Below are positions 41,771 to 52,365 of a stretch of DNA of 64,000 nucleotides, in pieces. The stretch is from the NCBI RefSeq assembly GCF_001194135.2, contig NC_069001.1, positions 27,351,046 to 27,415,045 of the forward strand, in the 5' to 3' direction. Under the pieces are notes generated by a model. The model saw only the letters and a list, made by a program, of their open reading frames with translations, made no database searches and was not told the DNA's origin. Source of the stretch: Octopus bimaculoides. Taxonomy: Eukaryota. The position numbers and the translations under genes are program-made. How positions within the stretch are numbered: position 1 is the first letter of the stretch; the number at the start of each line of letters is the position of its first letter.

Positions 41771-42481
41771 GGCGGACACTATTTGTTTTCTAACGAAACA
41801 CTTTCAAACATGGGATACTGGTAGAATATGTCATATAAAACATCTTTTTCTCTTAGTCTTGTTAAGAAAAGTTTCTATATTCCAAGTTATTCCATGTTAA
41901 AAGTTGTCGTATTTCGGTAATTTCAACCAATCACTGACGTCTATTGCGATGAAAACAATTACTGCTGTGGTTTGTCAACAACACGTTCTGGCGGTGTAAT
42001 GGGATCTTTTCCCTTGAATAAAATTAGTGTCGTTGTTTCTCAACACCAATTATCGGCGGTACTGTTATTTATGACATCGTTCGTGCGTTTTTACTGGTTT
42101 TAGCTTTGGGGATTTAGAGTTAGGTTCGGGTTTTACAGTTAGGGTTAGGGTTTAAGGGTCAGGGCTAGGGTTTTAGGGTTAGTGATAGGGGGTTAGGATT
42201 AGTGCATAACTGGTGCTTAATTCAAAAGGATTACCAGGGACTAACGATATATACACCGCCACAGATTATTATTGACAAAGAACAGCAGTAACTGTAATCA
42301 GCTGAATAGACGTCAGTGATTGGTTGAAATTACCAAAATACGACAATTTTTAACATGAAATAACTTCGAATATAAACATTTTTCTCTGTTCTATAAGACA
42401 AAATAAAAAAGTATACGAAGTTTTAAAGTGTTTCGGTAGAAAACACACTAAATAAAAACTAAATAAAAAATGGTGTCCACC
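41771..42481. mobile_element. MITE-like non-autonomous DNA element with ~200-bp terminal inverted repeats and internal telomere-like repeats
   Basis: ggcggacac (41771) pairs with gtgtccacc (42481). aatttcaaccaatcactgacgtctatt pairs with aatagacgtcagtgattggttgaaatt. A degenerate TTAGGG array lies at about 42100-42203. Confidence 0.85.
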
Positions 42482-43014
42482 TAATCAGAAAAGTCCCCGG
42501 ACTAAATAACTTGTGATAATGGCTCGAATCTACATCGGTGTTCAAATACTACGGAATTGAACTGCAGAAATATCTTAATACAAAATGTTATCCATTCTAA
42601 CGGGGTTGATAAAATAAATCTGCGATCATGTATTTGAATCGATCCAATCAAATAACCTGCACAACGTATAATTTTGGGGTTCGTTCATATTTTCAGAAAA
42701 AGCCTACTCTAAATACTTGTGCAGTGGAAGCGGAAAAATGTGTGTGGGGGGGGGGGATCATAAGCGCATGGAACAAATTACTCAGAAGAAATTCTTCCTG
42801 TTGTTTACGTTCTGATTTCTTATAGTTTCAAGGTAAAATTTGCTTTCACATCTTTCTCGTGTCAACAAAACAAAATACCTGTCACTTAATGTGTCTATGT
42901 AATTGACTCGACCCTTCTCCTCAAAACTGCTGATATCCTGCCAAAATTTGAAGCTCATTATTAGAGAAGTAGATCCACAAATTAGTTATGTCCCAATATT
43001 AGACATCACTGTAA

Positions 43015-43206
43015 ATATTATTAGAGCATTTAATTAACAAATTTAATAAAGCGTTGGATTTAATGTCTTAGAGTAGTTACTTGCCTCAATCTACATTCTG
43101 CTTTCAAACAATGCGGTGATAAACGTTGACGCTTATACTATGCTTCCGGGAACGTATATTAAATTAACAGACGTGCATTCGAGTCGTTTAATCAACCGAC
43201 ACCTCC
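43015..43206 (+). repeat. Diverged direct repeat, copy 2 (partner at 40436-40625)
   Basis: See copy 1. Confidence 0.85.
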
Positions 43207-43305
43207 CTCCCTCTACATTCTGAGTTCAAATCCCATCAAGAACAACTTTGACTCATCGTTCCAGAGTCCTTGATATGAAGTATCTACTTAATGTAAAATA
43301 TGTAC

Positions 43306-43667
43306 TGGAGGCGAAATGGCCCAGTGGTTAGGGTAGTGGATTCGCGGTCATAGGATCGCGGTTTCGATTCCCAGACCGGGCGTTGTGAGTGTTTATTGAG
43401 CGAAAACAACTAAAGCTCCACGAGGCTGTACTCTTTCGCCACAACTTTCTCTCACTCTTTCTTCCTGTTTCTGTTGTACCTGTAACTAAACGGTCCAGCC
43501 TTGTCACACTGTGTCACACTGAATATCCCCGAGAACTACGTTAAGGGTACACGTGTCTGTGGAGTGCTCAGCCACTTGCACGTTAATTTCACGAGCAGGC
43601 TGTTCTGTTGATCGGATAAACTGGAACCCTCGACGTCGTAAGCGACGGAGTGCCAACAACAACAAAC
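43306..43667 (+). mobile_element. SINE family B, full length, with ~9-bp TSD
   Basis: A box TGGCCCAGTGG, B box GTTTCGATTCC and an (AAC)n tail. TATGTACTG occurs at 43299-43307 and 43668-43676. Confidence 0.95.
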
Positions 43668-44569
43668 TATGTACTGCAGTTGATTTTAACTACTTACCCT
43701 ACCCTTTAACCTTTTGGCTTTGTTCCAATATTATGGGGTAAGTGTATGGCTGTTGTTGTTCTTATTATGATACTTTCTTCTACTGATTCTGATGTTTTTA
43801 TGCCGATTGATGTTAGTGACGGCTGTTAATGATGATGATGATGAAGCTTGTTGTTTGTGATGATATCTCTTCTATCTTTTGTAGTTGTTATTTATGGACA
43901 TTTACGTCATTGATTGTAATCAAACAAACTTAAATTATCTTTAGCGTAAGTCAAATGAAATTGTTCAAATTAATCTTGCCAACGGAAGCGCAACGTCCCA
44001 AAAGTAATCATTAAGTGTATATTGCTAATATATTTTTTCTTTATTATTTTTTTTTCTTTTTGTATTAATTATAGTTATTATTTATAAACTTATTTGTGCT
44101 TGCTCTGATATATTATCTTGGACCTTATCTGGCACCAAACATGAGATTTTTATAAGTTTCGCTTTTGAAAACTCCAATAAATTTTGCGATTTAAATATTA
44201 AAATATAAAATAAATTAAAACTCGATATTTTGACTTCAAGTTCTTTGAGGTCAGTCTTGAAATATTTCAGTCTGTAGTAACACTTATGGTCAAATGGTAA
44301 TTTTCATGACTCACATTTATACATTTTGTGCTTAAGTATTAAATATAGTTTATATAAATGAACTCTAATAATAGTCCATGCATACGCGCATATACATGCA
44401 TACGCGCACAAACACTCATGTAAGCCCTTCTCCCATGAACGTAAACATATATGGATATAAAGGAGAAGAAAGTACTGAATATAGCAGTATTTAATTAATT
44501 TTATATGCCTAAACTCAGGCAACAATGTTAAGATATTGTTACGAACGAACAATTTTATTCAGATAATTT

Positions 44570-44730
44570 CTCGTTCGTACCACGTGAATTGGAACACCGC
44601 TGTCTAGTTTTGCAAGCGAGCACGAAAAAAAAAGAAACATTTGTGGTCACGTGACTGTTTGAAGCGTAGGCGGTATGATTTTGGCGTGTTTTTCTTTAAT
44701 GTTTGGGCGAACTATAAAAACTACTTGTTA
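44570..44730. promoter_or_regulatory. Candidate promoter/enhancer with palindromic E-box GTCACGTGAC
   Basis: CACGTG at 44581-44586, GTCACGTGAC at 44646-44655 and TATAAAAA at 44713-44720, in locally CpG-rich non-repetitive sequence. Confidence 0.35.
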
Positions 44731-44794
44731 ACAGAGTCAGTTCTGCCGGTAGACAATGTGAAAAAGCAGCGACGCTGGTTCGAATCTGGTTTTA

Positions 44795-45460
44795 AGGCGG
44801 TGAACTAGCGGAATCGTTAGCACATCATATAAAATGCTTAGCGGCATTTCGCCTGTCTTTTCGTTTTGACCGCGCATTCCACCGACGTTGTGTTTGCTTT
44901 ACATCCTTCCGGGTTACATAAAACAAAGGCCAACCAAATAATGGGGGCCATATAACAGGCTTCACCTTCTCCTCAAATACTCTCGGCTCTGTGACAAGGT
45001 TTGAAACCTTTAGTAATGTAATAAATGCGACAAGCTGCCTGGATCTTTAGCATGTCGAACAAAATGCATAGCTGCATTTCATCCGTCTTTACGTTCTGCC
45101 CCCACATTCCGCCGACGTTGATTTTCATCCTCTCGCAGTTGATAACATAAGTACCAGTCAGGTACTGTGGTCAATATAACCGACGTCCCCTTTCCCTCGA
45201 CAATTACTGGCTCTACGCCAAAATGTGAAAGCATTATTTTTGTACTAAATACAGTGCGCTGTTAGGATCGTTAGCATTCCGGACAAAATGCTGAGCGGAT
45301 TTTCGTCCGTCTTTAAACTTTGAACTAACATTTCGAGGTGATCTCTCCCCGTTTTCTTTTCAGTACGAATATAATAAGTACAAGTGAAGTACTGGAATCC
45401 ATGCGATCGTTTCCCCCCTCCCTTCAAAAACTTTTGGCTCTGTGCCAATAAATGGAAACC
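44795..45460 (+). mobile_element. Three tandem, diverged SINE family C copies
   Basis: The unit aatgcttagcggcatttcg..gtcttt..gtt repeats at about 44830, 45060 and 45285. Confidence 0.75.
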
Positions 45461-45739
45461 ATTGTTTTATTCTAGGGTTATTCACTATATTTCATATGTA
45501 TTTTTCGCTTTTATATGTCTGGATAAAACCTCTTTTATAGAGACCTCTGTTAAAGGACAACCTTGTCTAATATTGTAAAAAGGAAGACATTCAATATGTA
45601 CAAAATCAGATTTAAAATTTTTCCTTTTTTATTGGCCCATATAGTTTTATATATTTTCAATTCTGCTTGTAGAAATGCTATTAAAAGCAATCAATAATAT
45701 TATTCGCCATTATTATTGAAGTACAGTTACTATTCACTA

Positions 45740-46445
45740 TTATGAATGATGCTGACGTAGATGATGGTTACGATGCTGATGGGGTTATGGTGGGGATGAT
45801 GGTGTAGGCAGCGATGACACCTATGGTATTAAAGATAGCGGTGGTTTTCATGCAGATGGTGATGACGTAGACAACAATGAAAACGATGATGATGATGACG
45901 ATGAGGATAATGTTGGCGATGGTAATAAAGATGATAATGATGATGATGATGTTTGTGAGAGTGCTGATGCTGATACAGATGGCGTCGTTGCGGGTGGTGG
46001 TGGTCAGTTGGGGTGGATGTTTATTATGACTGTCGAGGGTGACGGTCATGGATGGGAACGGTGACGGTGACGACGATGATGATGATGATGATGATGAAGA
46101 TAGCGAAGACGACGGCCATATTAGCGATCATAGTATTGACGCTGCTGCTGCTGCTGCTGATGATGATGATGATGTGGATGATGACGACGACGACGACGAC
46201 GGTAGTGATTAGTGCAATGATGACAATGATGATGATGATTATTAATTTTGGTGATGTTGATAATGATGATAGCGATAATCATTGTAATGAGGATGACGTT
46301 GATGATGCTAGTGATGGTGGTGGTGGTGGTGGTGGACGTCGCGAGGAGAGACATAGTGGCATTTAAATTTTATTTGTGTGTATTTGTGAAGAATGTCAAG
46401 CAGGAGGAGGTGGTGAAGGAGGAGGTGAAGGAGTAGTAGTAGGAG
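45740..46445. repeat. Trinucleotide mosaic low-complexity tract (GAT/GGT/GAC/GCT/GGA/GTA)
   Basis: Direct reading. Smaller similar tracts at about 1845-1915 and 63495-63655. Confidence 0.9.
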
Positions 46446-47033
46446 TAGATTAGTAGTAAGGGTTATATGAAATAAAATGAAAAACACTAAATAAATATGG
46501 ACCGTTGTTGAATTCACTTCATTGCTTTTAGACACATATGAAGAAATTAATAGTTATTGCGAATGAGGGAAAACAAGAAGCATTCAAATGTATATAAAGA
46601 AAATATATTTCTGGAGCCGCATTCTGACACCTTTTAAGGCGCAGATTTGATTAGTATTTCTTTTTAAAAATCTTTTGTACTAAATAACGTAAGCTTTTAA
46701 CTGTTGTTAATGGCAAAATAGTGTTTTTGAGACAATCATATGGGAACGGCCGCTTTATTTACTGCTCGTATTTCATTTGCAAGAGCCTGAAAGAAATATT
46801 TCTCCCTGAAGTATCGCTTCTTTTATACTTTTGAATCTATTAAATAACGAAGCCATATTTAGACACACTCACACTCTTGGGCGCGCACATGTCTGTATGT
46901 ATATACATATGCACATACACATATATGCATAAATACATGAATTCATACATACGTACATATATACATTTATACATATATACATACGCATATATGTACATAC
47001 GCACATGCATATATCCATGAATTCATACATACG

Positions 47034-47069
<36 letters not shown>

Positions 47070-50000
47070 TGTATATATNNNNNNNNNNNNNNNNNNNNNN
47101 NNNNNNNNNNNNNNNNNNNNNNNNNNNNNNNNNNNNNNNNNNNNNNNNNNNNNNNNNNNNNNNNNNNNNNNNNNNNNNNNNNNNNNNNNNNNNNNNNNNN
47201 NNNNNNNNNNNNNNNNNNNNNNNNNNNNNNNNNNNNNNNNNNNNNNNNNNNNNNNNNNNNNNNNNNNNNNNNNNNNNNNNNNNNNNNNNNNNNNNNNNNN
47301 NNNNNNNNNNNNNNNNNNNNNNNNNNNNNNNNNNNNNNNNNNNNNNNNNNNNNNNNNNNNNNNNNNNNNNNNNNNNNNNNNNNNNNNNNNNNNNNNNNNN
47401 NNNNNNNNNNNNNNNNNNNNNNNNNNNNNNNNNNNNNNNNNNNNNNNNNNNNNNNNNNNNNNNNNNNNNNNNNNNNNNNNNNNNNNNNNNNNNNNNNNNN
47501 NNNNNNNNNNNNNNNNNNNNNNNNNNNNNNNNNNNNNNNNNNNNNNNNNNNNNNNNNNNNNNNNNNNNNNNNNNNNNNNNNNNNNNNNNNNNNNNNNNNN
47601 NNNNNNNNNNNNNNNNNNNNNNNNNNNNNNNNNNNNNNNNNNNNNNNNNNNNNNNNNNNNNNNNNNNNNNNNNNNNNNNNNNNNNNNNNNNNNNNNNNNN
47701 NNNNNNNNNNNNNNNNNNNNNNNNNNNNNNNNNNNNNNNNNNNNNNNNNNNNNNNNNNNNNNNNNNNNNNNNNNNNNNNNNNNNNNNNNNNNNNNNNNNN
47801 NNNNNNNNNNNNNNNNNNNNNNNNNNNNNNNNNNNNNNNNNNNNNNNNNNNNNNNNNNNNNNNNNNNNNNNNNNNNNNNNNNNNNNNNNNNNNNNNNNNN
47901 NNNNNNNNNNNNNNNNNNNNNNNNNNNNNNNNNNNNNNNNNNNNNNNNNNNNNNNNNNNNNNNNNNNNNNNNNNNNNNNNNNNATATATATATACTCGTT
48001 TTGTCCGTCTCTCTTTCTTTGTCAATGTCTGTCTTTCTCGCCATATCTGTCTCTCTAGCTGCTAGTTATTTTCGAAACAATCTCTGATAATATTGTCCAA
48101 AACTTTCCAAACTTATAATTGTATGTGTTTCTCTATATAATTTTATTACTTTCTCAAGATAATTATCAACAATATCTCTTGTCGATTGGGGATTGGTTTA
48201 TTCGGAAATGAAGTTTTAGACCAAACGAACGAGTGAAAAGGAAATAGAATTTGATAAGACGAGAGAGAATGAGAGAGTCAGAGACAGAAGGAAACAGAAA
48301 GCGTGATAGATAGTTAGATAGATAGATAGATATATAGATTGAGAGAGAGAGAGAGAGGGGGGTGGAGGGAGAGAGAAAGTGAGTATAACAGTAAATAACA
48401 GAAGCATAACTTTAATCTGAACTTCTAACTTATAATTCATCACGTTTTCGTCAGCGATTTGGTATTTATTAATTGAAATTTAAACAAATTTTAATACGGA
48501 TTTCAGAATCTGAATGAATCCTATTACGAAAAGTGCCTTTTTGAGTCTACTGAAGCAATTACGTATACACACATATGCATATGTGAAAACAAATATGTAC
48601 ATGCATACGCACACACAAACATATGACCTTGTTACGATATTCATAACTTATATAGGCATGAATTTTGACCAGGATAAAGTATAATAACTGATTATAAAAC
48701 GAGGGTAAGTCTTTTCACATCACGTTTCTAGTAGTCACGTGTCTAATACTCCTGGTAAATAGAATTGCATCGTGAGAGTAGGAAAGGACCACATAACAGA
48801 ATATTCCCTGATTAATGACCAGGTATAAGCAGAATGTTATTCTCAAGATTCGTCACAACAGAGCAGCATTTCTCTTTATCAGTATTTCTCTTTATCAGTA
48901 GAAGTCTATGCATGGTTATGTTACGAAAGAGCTGCACAGAGACTGCAACAAGAATAATCATTATCGGTTGTTTTGGACCAACCGCTATTCAATTTGTTGT
49001 CGCTTTGAAGATGCTTCTGAACACAAATTAAAAAGCAAATACCTCTGGGACTGAAGATTTGTGCAAAATATCTAAATAAGATAGCGGAGGAAGGATCTAT
49101 GGATTTAAACACAGAAGATGTGACAGACATTGAAAATAGCTGGTCGAAAATATTATGATACAAAAGATATAATATAAAAAAACTAAAACTCCCACAAAAT
49201 AATGCGTAGAAAGGACAGAACTTAAGAGAGATATATACGGACTTATGGTGATGTAGCGGGCACAGTCAGTAACTGTTAGATATAGAGTTTATGAAGCTGG
49301 ACAAAAATATGAGGTAGGTACCTTAGTAAAAGTAATTTATCTTATAGCGATGTTAAAAATACAGGAGAAGAAAGATTCATAGTTACATATCCTTCCTCAT
49401 ATGCACAATACTTATAGCGTTTCAGCAATGACTATCTTGTATTTACAAAAGTAATGCGACTACATTTTATAATAATATTACTTTTAATATTTTTGCAAAA
49501 AACCGGCAATTTTGGGTGTGGGGAGGGTTTTAGACGGAACGTACAGACGAACAAAATGTCGCTAAGCATTTTGTCCGGTGTGCTAACCATTCTACCAGTT
49601 CGCCGTCTTACATTAAATAACGACAGTGGAAGCAACAATATGATTGAATGGACAATGTGCTGTTATTTCTAGAAAGCTGATAGATGTATTAATTCTATAT
49701 TTTTAGCGTGTAATCATTAGATCATTCACAGAGTCTTGGAGTTTGTTGAGACGAAAATATCCTGAAATGGTAGGCGTACCAGAATCTCTGCGAGAGTCAA
49801 ATCCACTCAAGGAACTCAAGGATCAGGTGAAGCAGTTCTGGACTAAAGTCAGAAAAAGTTACGTAAAACATTGGGCAAGTATTGAAACATACGCACATGT
49901 ACACGGGCATAGATTAAATCTTACGGATAAAAACATGGAATTACATGAAAATCCAGATAAATTACTGAAGTGCGAACGGAAATATAAGTACATCTGTAAT

Positions 50001-50284
50001 TTATGCATATATGCATGGAATCATACATTCACACGCGCATACATCCGTGCAAATATTCGCAAATACACACATACATACATACATACATACATACATACAT
50101 TACTATTGCATTCATTGTAAATCAAATGTCAATGATAGAGCATTATTTCCTGGTCGGAAACAGGTTCATTGTTTGCTCTTACGAAACTTAGAAACATACA
50201 TTCACATACACATACGTAAATACTTCAATCTATCTATCTATCTATCTATCTGTGTATGTATGTGAGTGTGTGTGTACGTATACG

Positions 50285-50327
<43 letters not shown>

Positions 50328-50598
50328 AAATAACGTCGACCACTAACGTGGACAATTAATGCGCTAGAAATAGATCACATCTTGTGTCTATTAAAACCTA
50401 AATTGTTCTCAACATGAAATATAGCAGCATACGTATATATATACGTATATATATATGTATATNNNNNNNNNNNNNNNNNNNNNNNNNNNNNNNNNNNNNN
50501 NNNNNNNNNNNNNNNNNNNNNNNNNNNNNNNNNNNNNNNNNNNNNNNNNNNNNNNNNNNNNNNNNNNNNNNNNNNNNNNNNNNNNNNNNNNNNNNNNN

Positions 50599-50632
<34 letters not shown>

Positions 50633-51679
50633 TTCTGGAAAATTCTATGATAAAACAAACCACTCGAACTGAATTGAAATTCCTGCACCCACTCCAACAT
50701 ACTGATATATCTTTATAATTGCACTTAATGGAAACAGGAAACACTTAGAGGATATAGTACGTAAATCCTCCTTATAGTAATTAAGCCGAAGAAGAAACCC
50801 CTCCGCAGTCGACTGTAACATTAGAACAATTAACGAAGGCCAGAAATAAGATATTCCTGATTAAAGTAAGGTAGTAAAGAAGGCTAGCTGGTCAGAGCTC
50901 GAATGCTAGTTATAACATGGGAAAAGGAAAACTGTACCAAATAAACACTGGATATCTCTAGGAAACTAAGTGGTTCCCAATGTAATTAAACAAATATAAT
51001 CAAACGAAAACTTTTCTGTAGTAAATATAAATAAATGTACAGCAATATATAAAAAAATAACAATCTTACTAACAAGAATAAGAACAATTATAAAAATAGA
51101 ATGTGTAGATATTTCCTTAAATCTATTGCTTTCCAGTAGATTTAAGTTTATTCGCAATTTTGACATTGACGGTTTAATATGGTGTAATACAAAGCCTTGA
51201 AATAACAGAAACATACGAAAGTTAGTCATTTCATCAGCACATCTTTGTGTCGAGTGTCCATCACTGATGAAACCAAGGAAGGTCGAGATTACGTGACCTG
51301 GTGGACGCTGCGCTGGAGTTGGTGTGGATTTAACTCTCCACTATCGATACGAAGAAGCGCGTATTTTGCAGCAAAAGCCTATATGTGAGTTTCTCCCATG
51401 GTATCTATTGCTGTAGAGTATGTTCTTACAGCATATCCACGTTTAAATGTGAATGAAACATTACTTCTCGGTATCAATATAGCTTCTGTCGCTGATTTAT
51501 ATTTTTTTAACAAGCTCACTGTCTAATCGTGACATCAGTGCTTGTTCAGGCACTGCCATATCCATGGCAGAGAGATGTGTTGATGATATGTCTAGCAGTC
51601 GAATACCTATCACCTATGAGAGCAAAGAATGTCGAAATCACGTGATCAGATGGTCTCAGCGCTAGAGTTGATGAGAATA

Positions 51680-52365
51680 AATATTACGCTTGGCTATTAA
51701 TACTGCCCCGATTTTGTCGGCCAAATGCCCTAAATTAATTAATCCTTTTGACTATGAGCACAACGCCTGATAATAAGGGGAAGTGGGGTGGTCGATTACA
51801 TCGACCTCAGTACTCAACTTCTACTTATTTTATCGACCTCGAAAGGATGAAAAGCAAAGTCGACCTCGGCAGAACTTGAACTCAGAACATTAGGACAGAC
51901 TGAATGTCTCTAAGCTTTTCGCCTGGTGTGCTAACGATTCTGCTAGCTCACAGCCGACTCAGTACCATGAGAGAACTTTGAGGGAATAGGAAGCCGCTTA
52001 CATCGACCAGTGGAGCTCAAGCCGTAAGTATTTTAACTCTATCGAAAGGACAAAAGTCTAAGTCCAGAATTTGTACTTAGGTCGTGAAAGCCGGAATAAA
52101 TGCAGTGACATATTTAGTCCGGCACAATAAAGTTGCTGCTAGTTCGTTGCTTTAATTAACAATCCTGTCTACTATAAGAACAAGACGTGAAATGCTGGCA
52201 GAGAGGTCAAGTCGATTATATCGTTACTTAATTTTATGAAATTGGTACTTAATTTTATCAAACCCAAAAAGGCAAAGTCAATCTCGGTAGAATTCGAACT
52301 TAGAACGTAAGTACTACAATGCATTTTGGCTGGTGTGCTAATGATTCTGCCATCATGCCGCATTT
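51680..52365 (-). mobile_element. Three tandem, diverged SINE family C copies
   Basis: Repeated ...gtcgattacatcgac...ttttatcgac..gaaagga...aagtcgacctcggcagaa.ttgaactcagaac... units. Confidence 0.75.

Noticed and set aside
42100-42203. Chromosome end or true telomere
   Set aside because: The array is short, degenerate and enclosed within inverted repeats in mid-scaffold.
43306-43380. tRNA-like sequence with A and B boxes
   Set aside because: It is the head of a SINE with a TSD and a conserved downstream body shared by five copies, not a tRNA gene.
45768-46535. Poly-M/T/D/H/Q ORFs
   Set aside because: Trinucleotide low-complexity tract open in several frames on both strands, with no domain or splice evidence.
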